Shown: positions 1 through 9,949 of the stretch, piece by piece
How the letters are laid out: each line of letters opens with the position of its first letter
Position numbering within the stretch: the first letter of the stretch is position 1
Source of the DNA: Spirochaetia bacterium
Lineage (GTDB): Bacteria > Spirochaetota > Spirochaetia > UBA9216
Length of the DNA: 64,000 nt
NCBI GenBank assembly: GCA_963677925.2
Contig: CAXXYH010000004.1
Coordinates: 1,696,001 to 1,760,000, forward strand
Reading direction: 5' to 3'
The notes under the pieces: generated by a model
Seen by the model: the letters and a program-made list of their open reading frames with translations, nothing else
What the model was told of the DNA's origin: nothing
The model's database searches: none
Program-made: the position numbers and the translations under genes

Positions 1-665
1 ATTTTTTCGCTTCCGGTACACTTTGCCAGACCTGTGAGGCCGGTGGATGCAAGATGCAGTCCGCCGCATGCGACGCAGTCTGTGCCCGGGATTTCAACTA
101 TCCTTATTTTACCGCTTCGTTTGGTGGGCCTTCTCAGGTTGAACTCACTGAGACCCACATCATCGGTTACAACGGCCTTAATCGGAAGATTGCGACATAT
201 AATTCTGTTTACCTCAGATTCAACTTCGGCTATAGTCAGAGCATCTATCTCTTCGGCCGAGGTTTCTATTGCTGTGTATTCTTCACCCTGGTGAACCGAA
301 ACAGTCTGAATATCTGCAACCTTTACGAGTGCCGCGGAAACAAGGTGCTGACCGGTATGCTGCTGCATATAGTCCAAACGGTGCTCCATATCAACTTCAC
401 ATTCAGCTGTGCTGCCTTCAGCGGGCAGTTCATCCCCATTTTCCCCTGTTTCAATATAATGAAGGACTGCATCGTCCGTTTTTTGTACATCGGTTATATT
501 AAGTCCCGCAATGCTTCCCTTATCGGCAGGCTGTCCGCCCCCTTCGGGATAAAAGCACGTTCGATCAAGAATCAGGGAGACGCCTCTCTTATCTTCTCTG
601 ATTTCGAGTATTTTAGCGGAAAATAAACTGCGATCAGGTTCGCTGTAATAAATCAGTTCTGTCAT
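1..665 (-). CDS. AlaX-type alanyl-tRNA editing protein (3' end runs off the window)
   Basis: Manual translation from ATG 665: MTELIYYSEPDRS...FYPEGGGQPADKG...YMQQHTGQHLVS...CVACGGLH. Gly-rich motif plus HxxxH and CxxxH Zn-binding editing motifs. Not in the ORF track because it is open-ended. Confidence 0.9.
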   Translation of the reverse strand, partial: MTELIYYSEPDRSLFSAKILEIREDKRGVSLILDRTCFYPEGGGQPADKGSIAGLNITDVQKTDDAVLHYIETGENGDELPAEGSTAECEVDMEHRLDYMQQHTGQHLVSAALVKVADIQTVSVHQGEEYTAIETSAEEIDALTIAEVESEVNRIICRNLPIKAVVTDDVGLSEFNLRRPTKRSGKIRIVEIPGTDCVACGGLHLASTGLTGLAKCTGSEK

Positions 666-707
666 GACTTAAGTATATCAGAGGTTGAAATTGATATTAA
701 GTCTAAA

Positions 708-2006
708 TTGTTGTATTTTACTTCTGTGCGAAAGTTATACTTTTTAATAGTGATTCTGCTTGCAGGCAATTTTCCGGCATTTTCAGACACAGCCCTTGTT
801 TTTTCAGGCGGGGGAGCTATGGGTGCCTATCAGATAGGTGTATGGAAGGCTCTTACCGACCTGGAAGTTGATATAAGTGCTGCCTACGGATGTTCAGTCG
901 GAACAATAAACTCTGCTGCTGTAGCCATGCATGATTACAAACTGGCCTACAATATGTGGCTTAAACTTAAAAAATCAGATGTCATAGATCTCAGTACATC
1001 CCAGGAGGATGTTCTTGACGGGGAATTCAACCTGAGGCAGCTGATGCGTGCATCCCGACTTGCCTATAACGAGGAAGGTCTGGATGCTTCTCCGCTCTCA
1101 GAAACTCTTTCAAGATTTGTTGATGAACAGAAGGTAAGAAATTCCGATATTGATTTCGGACTTTTAACCTATAATCTAACGGATATGGAAGAGGAAAGCC
1201 TCTTTATTGAAGATATTCCTGAAGGTCAGCTGGCTGATTACATTGCTGCAAGTGCTAATTTCCCGCTGTTTCAGAGAAAGACTATAGACGGCAAGGTTTT
1301 TATTGACGGCGGGGTTGCAAACAATATACCTGTTAAGCTTGCGGCAGACAGGGGCTACAGGGATGTTGTCATCGTCGTGCTTGAACTGATAACCCCGGGT
1401 GATTTTGCCGATTATTATTCAAACTACAGCGATTACAATTTTGATCCTGTTGTGATAAGTCCGTCCGGGGATATCGGAGGGTTTCTTGATTTTGATCCTG
1501 ATAACGCCGTAAAGGCAATGAAGCTGGGATATCTGGATACCCTGAAGGCCATGGGTGCTATATGCGGCCGGAACTACCTGTTCGCAGACTGTGAGGATAT
1601 TTTCCGGGATATGTTTATCAATCTTCCATATGAGAAACAGGCTGAGGCGGCTGAACTTCTCGGAATGCTTTTTACTTCCATTGATAATCCTTCTGATTTT
1701 TATGATGAAAAGATTTTTCCCGTACTTTATGAGAACCTTCCATTTTTAGAGGATATGAAAACTCCATCCGCCGCACTTATTGAATACAGTGCGGAACTTG
1801 CCGGCATAGATAACAAACCGTTCTATTCGCAGGTTTCACTGTTTGACAGGATTATTTCAAGATACATCGGAAGTATCTTCCAGATTAAGCAGTTTGAATT
1901 CGCGGTGTACCTGAGACTTAATTCGGGATATAATCCTTACAGACCGGCTGAACCGTCCGGGCTTTATGCGGAAAGCTATTACAGTCTTGGGAAGCTGCTT
2001 GAATGA
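708..2006 (+). CDS. Patatin-like phospholipase, probably exported (start may be GTG 726)
   Basis: GGGAMGAYQIG oxyanion loop, GCSVG nucleophile elbow, DGG motif; hydrophobic N-terminus resembling a signal peptide. Confidence 0.88.
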   Translation: MLYFTSVRKLYFLIVILLAGNFPAFSDTALVFSGGGAMGAYQIGVWKALTDLEVDISAAYGCSVGTINSAAVAMHDYKLAYNMWLKLKKSDVIDLSTSQEDVLDGEFNLRQLMRASRLAYNEEGLDASPLSETLSRFVDEQKVRNSDIDFGLLTYNLTDMEEESLFIEDIPEGQLADYIAASANFPLFQRKTIDGKVFIDGGVANNIPVKLAADRGYRDVVIVVLELITPGDFADYYSNYSDYNFDPVVISPSGDIGGFLDFDPDNAVKAMKLGYLDTLKAMGAICGRNYLFADCEDIFRDMFINLPYEKQAEAAELLGMLFTSIDNPSDFYDEKIFPVLYENLPFLEDMKTPSAALIEYSAELAGIDNKPFYSQVSLFDRIISRYIGSIFQIKQFEFAVYLRLNSGYNPYRPAEPSGLYAESYYSLGKLLE

Positions 2007-2443
2007 ATTATAATACCGATAACGTAACTACAAAAAAAATAATCCCTCCGAACGTAAAATATGCGGTAAGGTGGTCTGATTATGAAAAAGTGAATCCCTA
2101 CGTTATCACCTCAAAGGTTCCGTCCAGACCCGGGATATTTGAGCTTTTCTACGAGCTTGAAAACAGTGAGCTTCAGCGTTTTTACATGGAAAGAGTATGG
2201 TACGGAGGTCTGCGGGCCGAGATAAGGCGATCAACCGAGCCCGATGCTGTTCCGGATCCTGCACGCAGGGAGGTTCTTTTGAACAAAACCTGCTACTACA
2301 GATATACAATTATCGAGACCATGAATGACATGCTCGATTTAATATATCATTATTCCTGTGTGTATCTCCCGGAAAGGGAACCTCCCGCACATTCGGGGAG
2401 GTATGAAAAGATTTTTGTGGTCGAAGATCCTGAGAAATACTGA
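2003..2443 (+). CDS. Hypothetical protein, weak GIY-YIG-like N-terminal motif
   Basis: 146-aa ORF with ATGA overlap on the patatin stop; contains VPSRPGIFELFY. Confidence 0.7.
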   Translation: MNYNTDNVTTKKIIPPNVKYAVRWSDYEKVNPYVITSKVPSRPGIFELFYELENSELQRFYMERVWYGGLRAEIRRSTEPDAVPDPARREVLLNKTCYYRYTIIETMNDMLDLIYHYSCVYLPEREPPAHSGRYEKIFVVEDPEKY

Positions 2444-2674
2444 TTATCTATGCAGGGCTCTTTCAATCTGATCCTTGTTAAATCCGACAAGTATTCTTCC
2501 GTTTATATCGAGAACCGGAACTCCCATCTGTCCTGATTTCCTGGTCATTTCTTCTGCGCGGCGGGTGTCTGCGGCTACATTGTATTCTGTGAAGTTAATC
2601 TTATGCTGTCTGAAGTAGTCCTTTGCCAGTCTGCAGTATGTGCAAGTCGGTGTAGTATACATTGTTACTGCCAT
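2444..2674 (-). CDS. Glutaredoxin (NrdH/YruB-like)
   Basis: CTYC active site, GVP cis-Pro motif, GF end motif; GGAGG RBS upstream. Confidence 0.93.
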   Translation of the reverse strand: MAVTMYTTPTCTYCRLAKDYFRQHKINFTEYNVAADTRRAEEMTRKSGQMGVPVLDINGRILVGFNKDQIERALHR

Positions 2675-2823
2675 ATTATTATCCTCCTGTAAATTACATA
2701 TATAAAATAATTAAGCTGTTTGAAAAAGTCAATCCATATATAATAAAAATAATATATATAAAGATAAAATATATGTCCCAATGTTTAGACTCAAACGTAA
2801 ATTTCTATTATACTTTCTTTATC

Positions 2824-3744
2824 ATGAATTTTAACAAAGAAATACTGATTTTTGACGGTGCCTGCGGCACAAGCATACAGAATATGGAACTCGGTGATGA
2901 AGTCTGGGACGGCAACGAAGGATGCAACGAGTATCTTAACATAACAGTACCGGAAAAGATAACCGGGATGCATCTGGAGTTTCTGGAAGCCGGAGCTGAT
3001 ATAATAGAAACAAACACCTTCGGTGCCAACAGGATAGTACTTGCCGAGTATGGGCTTGAAGGCCGGGTAGAAGAGATAAATGCCGCTGCTGTAAAAGCGG
3101 CAAGAGCTGCAGTTGAAAAATACGGCAGCGGTATAATTGCCGGATCCATCGGACCGGGTACAAAGATGCCGACTCTGGGTCATATCACTGTGGAGGAACT
3201 TGAAGCCTCATACCGTGAGCAGGTTGCGGCGCTTATTGATGCCGGTGTGGATATGTTCATGCTTGAAACAGCACAGGATATACTTCAGCTGAAGACTCTG
3301 CTGGTCACCACCTTCGATGTGATGAGGGAAAAATTGAAAGAGCTTCCCGTCGTTGTTTCTGTTACCATAGAAAAGACCGGTACAATGCTTGCCGGAACCG
3401 ATATTGCCGCAGCTGCGGCAATCATCGAACCATTTCCTGTCTTTGCCTTCGGCCTAAACTGTGCCACGGGTCCGGAAGACATGGTTTCAAGCATTAAATG
3501 GCTCAGCCATAACTGGGGAGGCCGGATATCATGTCTGCCAAACCAGGGAATACCCGAAATAGTTGACGGGAAGACCTGCTACCCGATGAGTCCTGAACAT
3601 TATTCGGGGGAACTCGGGCATTTTGTAAAAGATCTGGGTGTCTCGGTTGTAGGCGGCTGCTGCGGGTCAACACCTGCCCATATTGCTGCGCTTAAGCAGG
3701 CTGTCGGCGGTATGAGTCCGGCAAAGAGGGAGGTGGAGGCATGA
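2824..3744 (+). CDS. metH: Methionine synthase, homocysteine-binding module (N-terminal half of a split MetH)
   Basis: DGACGT, GADIIETNTFGA, GLNC and GGCCG Zn ligands. Start taken at ATG 2824 because the ORF-track extension is AT-rich intergenic DNA. Confidence 0.92.
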   Translation: MNFNKEILIFDGACGTSIQNMELGDEVWDGNEGCNEYLNITVPEKITGMHLEFLEAGADIIETNTFGANRIVLAEYGLEGRVEEINAAAVKAARAAVEKYGSGIIAGSIGPGTKMPTLGHITVEELEASYREQVAALIDAGVDMFMLETAQDILQLKTLLVTTFDVMREKLKELPVVVSVTIEKTGTMLAGTDIAAAAAIIEPFPVFAFGLNCATGPEDMVSSIKWLSHNWGGRISCLPNQGIPEIVDGKTCYPMSPEHYSGELGHFVKDLGVSVVGGCCGSTPAHIAALKQAVGGMSPAKREVEA

Positions 3745-6188
3745 ACCCTTCCGTAGCTAGTCTGTATGAAAGTGTTGATCTCATTCAGCCGATTAAGCCG
3801 CTGATAATCGGCGAGCGCTGCAACTCAAACGGTTCCAAACGGTTCCGCGAATGTCTTCTTGCCGATGACTGGAACTCATGCCTTACAATCGCAAAGGAGC
3901 AGCAGAGTGCCGGTGCTCATGTGCTTGACCTCTGCACCGCTTATGCCGGCCGTGATGAGTTTGCCGACATGAGCATGCTTATTCCGATGTTCTCAACATC
4001 GCTGAAGACCCCGCTCATGATTGACTCAACTACGCCCGAGGTGATTGAGCATTCGCTTAAGATTTATCCCGGACGCAGCATAATAAATTCGGTAAACCTC
4101 GAAGACGGCGGGAAGAATATTCACCGCGTGCTTCCTCTTGTTAAGAAATACGGAGCTGCTGTTGTTGCTCTTACCATCGATGAGGATGGAATGGCAATGA
4201 CCGCGGAAAAAAAGCTGGAGGTCGCGAAGCGTATCCACAGCATTGCTGTTGATGAGCACGGCCTGCGTCCTCAGGATATCCTCTTTGATCCATTGACTTT
4301 TACGGTAGGTGCGGGCGACGAGAATCTAAGGGATGCGGCGGTTCAGACTCTCGATGCAATGAAGCTGATAAAGCAGCAGCTTCCCGGCTGTCTTACAGTG
4401 CTGGGCCTTAGCAATATCAGCTTCGGGCTTTCTCCGAAATCAAGGAAAATTCTTAACGCTGTATTTTTGCATGAGGCTCTTGAAGCCGGGCTTGATGCCT
4501 GCATTATCGATGCGGCAAAGATCATCCCGCTTGCCTCCATTTCCGAAGAGGACAGGGAAGTCTGCCTGGATCTTCTGTATGACAGGGTAAAAGATGAGGT
4601 CAAGTCTCCGCTTTTGACATTTATTGATCACTTCGGAAACAGAAGCGACAGCGACGACAGCGAAGATCAGACATGGAAACCTGCCGAACAGCAGCTCTAT
4701 GATCATATCGTTGACGGAAGCAGGGAGGATCTTGAAGACATTCTTGATATGCTTCTTCAGCGGCGTTCGCCGATTGGAATTATCAATGAAATCCTGATAC
4801 CCGCAATGCGGCACGTCGGAGAGCTTTTCGGAAAGGGCGAGCTTCTTCTGCCCTTTGTTCTGCAGTCGGCTGAAACTATGAAGGCTTCAGTCAGCTATCT
4901 TGAACCGCTCATGGAGAAAAAGGACGACGGAGCAGCAGTGAAGATTCTGCTTGCTACGGTTCAGGGAGATGTTCACGATATCGGTAAAAACCTGGTAGAG
5001 ATTATTCTAAGCAACAACGGCTATACCGTTTACAATATCGGGATCAAGGTTCCTGCAGAAACGATAATAGAGAAGGCTAAGGAGCTTGATGTTGATATAA
5101 TCGGACTCTCGGGCCTGCTTGTGAAATCGGCAATGGTAATGAAGGACAGCATGGAGCAGTACGCTGAGGCCGGGTTCAAGATTCCAATCTTTCTAGGCGG
5201 AGCGGCTCTCACAAGGAAATTTGTTGCAGAAAGCTGTGTTCCGGGTTATCCGGGCCCGGTTGTTTATAATTCGGACGCTTTTGACGGACTGAAGCATGTG
5301 CGGGAATTTGAAGCCGGAACCCTTGAAGCAACCACCTGGGAAGCAAATCCTGATGCAGTGTCGGTTAAACCCGGCAGAAAGGATATGACTATAGTCCGCG
5401 ACAACCCGGTTCCTGAACCTCCGTTTAAGGGCGGCAGAGTGACAGAGGATATTGACCTGGAAGAGGTTCTTACTTTGGTCAACAAGCAGGCGCTTTTCCG
5501 CGGACGCTGGGGCTACCGACGGGGCAAGATGAGCGCCTCTGAATATGATGAACTTATTAAAACCAGGGTGGAACCCCTCTATGAATCCTTCAGGAAGGAA
5601 TTTGTGGAAGGACGGCTTGTCCGTCCAGCGGCGGCCTGGGGCTGGTTTGACTGTGAGAGCAGGGACAACCTGCTGGTTCTAAAAGATTCAGGAAAGGAAT
5701 ACAGCTTTGATTTTCCAAGACAGTCGGAGGCTCCCTTTCTCTGTCTTTCGGATTACTATAAAAATGCTGAGGAAGGCGGCGATGTCGCAGGTCTCTTTGT
5801 AGTAACAATAGGACCGGAGGTCTCAAAGCGCACAGCCGAACTCTATGAGGCAAACGAATACCATGACTACCTGATGCTTCACGCCTTCAGTGTAGAGGTG
5901 ACTGATGCCCTTGCCGAATACTGGCATAAGCAGATGAGAAAGGAACTTGGAATTGCGGTCGATGAACCTGAGAATATCCACGGCTACGTTACCCAGCAGT
6001 ACCAGGGCTCAAGATACGGCTTCGGCTACCCCTCATGTCCGGACCTCAGTGCCCATGAGATAGTATTTGAACTGATAAAACCTGAAAGAATCGGTATAAG
6101 CCTGACAGAGAATTACGAGATGGTTCCGGAGCAGAGTACATCAGCTCTTGTTGCCCATCATCCGCAGGCCAAATACTTTGCTGTATAA
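3741..6188 (+). CDS. metH: Methionine synthase, pterin-binding + B12-binding + activation domains (C-terminal part of a split MetH)
   Basis: IIGERCN, GDVHDIGKN (DxHxxG cobalamin motif), SGLL, RYGFGYPSCP, PEQSTSA; ATGA overlap with the upstream half. Confidence 0.95.
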   Translation: MNPSVASLYESVDLIQPIKPLIIGERCNSNGSKRFRECLLADDWNSCLTIAKEQQSAGAHVLDLCTAYAGRDEFADMSMLIPMFSTSLKTPLMIDSTTPEVIEHSLKIYPGRSIINSVNLEDGGKNIHRVLPLVKKYGAAVVALTIDEDGMAMTAEKKLEVAKRIHSIAVDEHGLRPQDILFDPLTFTVGAGDENLRDAAVQTLDAMKLIKQQLPGCLTVLGLSNISFGLSPKSRKILNAVFLHEALEAGLDACIIDAAKIIPLASISEEDREVCLDLLYDRVKDEVKSPLLTFIDHFGNRSDSDDSEDQTWKPAEQQLYDHIVDGSREDLEDILDMLLQRRSPIGIINEILIPAMRHVGELFGKGELLLPFVLQSAETMKASVSYLEPLMEKKDDGAAVKILLATVQGDVHDIGKNLVEIILSNNGYTVYNIGIKVPAETIIEKAKELDVDIIGLSGLLVKSAMVMKDSMEQYAEAGFKIPIFLGGAALTRKFVAESCVPGYPGPVVYNSDAFDGLKHVREFEAGTLEATTWEANPDAVSVKPGRKDMTIVRDNPVPEPPFKGGRVTEDIDLEEVLTLVNKQALFRGRWGYRRGKMSASEYDELIKTRVEPLYESFRKEFVEGRLVRPAAAWGWFDCESRDNLLVLKDSGKEYSFDFPRQSEAPFLCLSDYYKNAEEGGDVAGLFVVTIGPEVSKRTAELYEANEYHDYLMLHAFSVEVTDALAEYWHKQMRKELGIAVDEPENIHGYVTQQYQGSRYGFGYPSCPDLSAHEIVFELIKPERIGISLTENYEMVPEQSTSALVAHHPQAKYFAV

Positions 6189-6218
6189 TGCCCGGGGAAG
6201 GGGCAGGGAGTTTTTTTT

Positions 6219-6377
6219 ATGAAATATATATGTGTTAACTGCGGATATATCTATGATCCCGAGGCGGGTGACCCGATGGGAAATATCCCTCCGGGGACAG
6301 CCTTTGATGATCTTCCCGACAGCTGGGTATGTCCGCTCTGCTATACCTCTAAGGATATGTTCGACCCGCTGGATTAG
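6219..6377 (+). CDS. Rubredoxin (52 aa, absent from the ORF track)
   Basis: Manual translation [52 protein letters not shown], with CxxC...WVCPxC; GGAG RBS upstream. Confidence 0.95.
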   Translation: MKYICVNCGYIYDPEAGDPMGNIPPGTAFDDLPDSWVCPLCYTSKDMFDPLD

Positions 6378-6396
6378 GAATAATGGTCCGGCCGGA

Positions 6397-7689
6397 TTAA
6401 AGCTCACCGGTCGGATGTGTCTGCCGCCATTCCGGGTCGACGGGGCATATCATCTTTCTTATTGACAGAAGGGCTGCAAGGGGAAGCAGGGCAGCTGCCG
6501 GAAATACAGCCTTCCATCCGAAGAATGTTACCGCCGGGGCCAGAAGCAGCGGGAATAGGGCTGCCGTCAGATTAAGCGCCCCGTAAATTCCTGAATACAG
6601 TGCCCGTTTTCCGTCAGGGCTAATCTGAACAAGAACCGCTTCCGACGACATCTTCTGCGCGCCGGCAAGGGCGCCGAGCAGCGGAATGATGATGAACATT
6701 GTAATCCGTCCTGCCCCGGCCGCTGTCATCACGGCTGCTGTAACCGGAAGGACAAATCCCATAATCGACTGAATTCTAAGCATCCCCTTGAATCCTGCCT
6801 TCCTCACTGCTGAAGGCCAGATCAGGTTGGATATAACCATTCCGCCTATCTGAAGCAGGACGATAACCCCTATGAAGTCTCCGCTTATTTTGTACTCTTT
6901 CATAAAGGATGGAATATAGAATGGAATCATAACGATTGCCGAGGAGAGCAGGTTTGCTGTGATTGTGTAGTTTCTGAAGGTGTTGTCGGTTTTTAGGATT
7001 TCCCGCATGGAGCCGAGAACCTTGAGTATTCCCGCTTTTGCGGCGCCTGTATCCTTTTTTTCACGGATCAGCCAGAAGCCTATGGAACCTGCTGCAAGCA
7101 TTGATGCTGCTGCAAGAAAGAGAAAGCCGTAGCGTTCAAGCCCCTTTTCAGCCGAGATTATAAAACGGGTCAGAATGCCCGAGATAAATACTCCTATACT
7201 CCAGAATACCTGCTTGTTAAGAAAAAAACGCTTCCGCAGGCTGTCGGGAATTGTTGTGCCTATCAGGGTCACATAGGTGATGCCGGCAAAGGCTCCGCTC
7301 AGCGTAAAGACAATCAGTCCCGCATAAATAAGCAGCAGCACCAGTGCTGTATTGAAAAGTCCCGAGTTAAGAAGCAGAAATCCTATCAGATAAAAGGAAA
7401 TCATCCTGGCGTATATCCCTCCAAGAAGAAATGGTTTCTTTCTCTTCCTTGACTGCAGAAACGGTGAGAACATCAGCTGTGAAACCAGAGGCAGTCCGGT
7501 CATAATAGTTGAGAGTATGCCGATATGGATTGCAGCACCGCCTGCCTGTACCACCATTGCCGGAAGGACTGTGTTGATTTCAGTGAATGTGACCGCGAGC
7601 GCAAGGAAAATTCCGTGAACCATGAATCCTGAATAACTGAGCTTCTGATCTTTATCGGCTTGCGCCCAGGCTGTTTTTTTTCTTTCCAT
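6397..7689 (-). CDS. MFS transporter
   Basis: 430 aa with about 12 hydrophobic segments. Confidence 0.8.
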   Translation of the reverse strand: MERKKTAWAQADKDQKLSYSGFMVHGIFLALAVTFTEINTVLPAMVVQAGGAAIHIGILSTIMTGLPLVSQLMFSPFLQSRKRKKPFLLGGIYARMISFYLIGFLLLNSGLFNTALVLLLIYAGLIVFTLSGAFAGITYVTLIGTTIPDSLRKRFFLNKQVFWSIGVFISGILTRFIISAEKGLERYGFLFLAAASMLAAGSIGFWLIREKKDTGAAKAGILKVLGSMREILKTDNTFRNYTITANLLSSAIVMIPFYIPSFMKEYKISGDFIGVIVLLQIGGMVISNLIWPSAVRKAGFKGMLRIQSIMGFVLPVTAAVMTAAGAGRITMFIIIPLLGALAGAQKMSSEAVLVQISPDGKRALYSGIYGALNLTAALFPLLLAPAVTFFGWKAVFPAAALLPLAALLSIRKMICPVDPEWRQTHPTGEL

Positions 7690-7747
7690 GAATCAATAAT
7701 AACCGATTTTATTCATCATTCAAAATAAATATGATACAGTTATAACG

Positions 7748-8389
7748 ATGATTTACCATACCAGAGTATTTGAGAAGCTTTCCGACGAAAAGAAGAACCG
7801 AATCCTGACCACTGCCGCAGCCGAATTTTCAGTCTGCGGATATCAGGCCGCGAATATTAATGTCATTGCAGATAAATGCGGTGTCAGCGTGGGAGCTCTT
7901 TATAAGTATTTCACAACAAAGGAAAATCTCTTTCTTACCGTATGTATGGATGCAGTCCGCCAGCTTTCTGAGAGTCTAAAAGCTGTTGAAGAGCTCGGCG
8001 GCGGAATATTTGAAAAAGTTGAAAATGTAATTCGTACCATCCTTTCACATTCCCGCAGATACAGCGAACTCATCAATCTTTATATAGAAATAACCACCGA
8101 AGGAAACAGTGAACTGGCCTCCAAGCTGTCATACCAGATGGAGTCGGTTTCAGCCGAATACTACCGCAGGCTTATCAGGCAGGCTGTCGACTCTGGAGAA
8201 TTGAAGTCCGGATGTGATGCCGGGATGGCTGCATTCTGCATGGATAACCTGTTCATGGCTCTTCAGTTTTCATACGCCTCTGAGTACTGGAAGGAGCGCA
8301 TGAAGATATATGTTGATGAGAATATCTTCGATGATGATGAGCGTGTAGTTTCCGGTATGATGAATTTCATAAAAAATGCACTTAAATAG
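7748..8389 (+). CDS. TetR/AcrR family regulator
   Basis: N-terminal HTH IADKCGVSVGALYKYFTTKENLF. Confidence 0.93.
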   Translation: MIYHTRVFEKLSDEKKNRILTTAAAEFSVCGYQAANINVIADKCGVSVGALYKYFTTKENLFLTVCMDAVRQLSESLKAVEELGGGIFEKVENVIRTILSHSRRYSELINLYIEITTEGNSELASKLSYQMESVSAEYYRRLIRQAVDSGELKSGCDAGMAAFCMDNLFMALQFSYASEYWKERMKIYVDENIFDDDERVVSGMMNFIKNALK

Positions 8390-8411
8390 CTCTGCTGCAG
8401 CATAAGAATGA

Positions 8412-8466
8412 TTGACTTTCTGAGAAGACGTGGTAAACTTAAAAAGTGAGTGACTGCTCACTTTTT
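8412..8466 (+). promoter_or_regulatory. sigma70-type promoter with adjacent palindromic operator
   Basis: TTGACT (8412)-16 bp-TAAACT (8434) with an extended -10 TG, then AAAAAGTGAG-TGACTG-CTCACTTTTT (8441-8466). Confidence 0.65.
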
Positions 8467-8488
8467 ATAAAATCTACAGGGGGACATT

Positions 8489-9949
8489 ATGTCATTCTCT
8501 ATTTCAGAATATCCTGATACCGCAGCTGTAACTGCTGATCTGCAGAGGCTTGTCAAGCTTCCGGTGCCGGCATTCACAGATGAATACTCAAAGAAGATCG
8601 ATTCCTACTTCGAAGATAAATGCTCCGGGTCTAAGGCCATGATTGAAACTGCGAAGCAGCGGATACCCGGCGGAGTTCAGCATAACCTTGCATTCAACCA
8701 TCCCTTTCCGCTGGTAATAACAAAGGCCGAAGGCGCCTACCTTTATGATACCGACGGAAATAAATACATCGATTTCCTGCAGGCCGGCGGACCGACAGTT
8801 CTCGGAAGCAATATGCCCTCAGTGCGCGAGAAGGTTATCAGCCTGCTTAATGACTGCGGCCCTTCAACCGGACTCTTTCATGAATACGAATTTCTGCTTG
8901 CCGACAAGATTGCTCAGCTTTTTCCGTCGGTGGAGATGTTTCGAATGCTTGGAAGCGGAACCGAATCATGCATGGCTGCAATACGAGTGGCCAGGCTTGC
9001 GACCGGAAAAAAGAATGTTGTGAAAATGGGCGGTGCCTATCACGGCTGGAGCGATCAGCTTGCCTACGGAATACGTCTTCCGGGCAGCATGCACTTCGAG
9101 GCCCACGGGGTACCGAGGTATATATTCAAAAATACCCAGGAATTTTATCCCAACGATCTGGGCAGCCTTGAAAGGGTACTCAAGCGCAACCAGCTGCGCG
9201 GCGGAACCGCAGCGGTGCTGATTGAACCGATGGGCCCCGAGAGCGGAACCAGACCGCTGGACCGTGATTTTAATGCGGGTGTCAGAAGACTCTGTGATAA
9301 ATACGGTGCACTTCTGGTTTTTGATGAAGTAGTTACCGCCTTCAGGATAGGAATGTCCGGAGCTCAGGGGTACTTCGGAGTAAGCCCCGATCTGACAGTC
9401 TTCGGGAAGGTAGTTGCAGGCGGTTATCCTTCGGCAGGAGGGCTTGGCGGAAAGCGCGAATACATGAAATTCCTGGCAGCCGGAATACAGACCGGACAGA
9501 AGAAGGCTCTCATTGGCGGAACAATGGCCGCCAACCCTCTGAGTTCAGCGGCAGGATATTTCACTCTCTGCGAGATGGAAGAGCAGAAGGCCTGCGAGAA
9601 GGCGGGTACTGCTGCCGACAGACTTACCAAAGGGCTGCAGAAAATAATCAGTGAACTGGCTCTTCCCTTTGTAGCCTTCAACCAGGGTGCAATATGCCAT
9701 CTTGAAACCAGTGCTGCAATGCTTCTTGATATCGACATTAAAAGATTCTGGACAATAAAAAATACTATAAAGAATGCCCATGACCGAAAAGCCTCTATGG
9801 AACTTTTCGGTGCCGCCTATACCATGGAAGGGCTTATAACCCTGGCAGGAAGCAGACTGTATACGAATGCTGAGGATACCGATGAGGTGATTGATGAAGC
9901 TCTTGAAGGTTTTAGACATGTATTTTCGAATGTAAGGAAGATGATATGA
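8489..9949 (+). CDS. Class III PLP aminotransferase, HemL/GSA-aminomutase-like but with a divergent substrate site
   Basis: SGTESCM, YHGWSD, FDEVVTAFR, FGK PLP lysine, GGTMAANPL. IPGGVQHNLAF replaces the HemL motif PGGVNSPVRAF. Confidence 0.88.
   Translation: MSFSISEYPDTAAVTADLQRLVKLPVPAFTDEYSKKIDSYFEDKCSGSKAMIETAKQRIPGGVQHNLAFNHPFPLVITKAEGAYLYDTDGNKYIDFLQAGGPTVLGSNMPSVREKVISLLNDCGPSTGLFHEYEFLLADKIAQLFPSVEMFRMLGSGTESCMAAIRVARLATGKKNVVKMGGAYHGWSDQLAYGIRLPGSMHFEAHGVPRYIFKNTQEFYPNDLGSLERVLKRNQLRGGTAAVLIEPMGPESGTRPLDRDFNAGVRRLCDKYGALLVFDEVVTAFRIGMSGAQGYFGVSPDLTVFGKVVAGGYPSAGGLGGKREYMKFLAAGIQTGQKKALIGGTMAANPLSSAAGYFTLCEMEEQKACEKAGTAADRLTKGLQKIISELALPFVAFNQGAICHLETSAAMLLDIDIKRFWTIKNTIKNAHDRKASMELFGAAYTMEGLITLAGSRLYTNAEDTDEVIDEALEGFRHVFSNVRKMI

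Noticed and set aside
34-626. Plus-strand ORFs 34..294, 54..626 and 269..502
   Set aside because: Antisense shadows of the minus-strand AlaX gene, which carries clear motifs.
2662-2823. N-terminal extension of the first metH ORF; possible SAM or B12 riboswitch
   Set aside because: AT-rich intergenic DNA overlapping the glutaredoxin start; no riboswitch consensus or structure visible.
6141-6465. ORF-track entries 6141..6407 (-) and 6232..6465 (+)
   Set aside because: They overlap the rubredoxin in other frames and have no recognisable motifs.
8489-9949. Calling this gene hemL
   Set aside because: It lacks the VNSPVRAF substrate motif and has no tetrapyrrole genes nearby.
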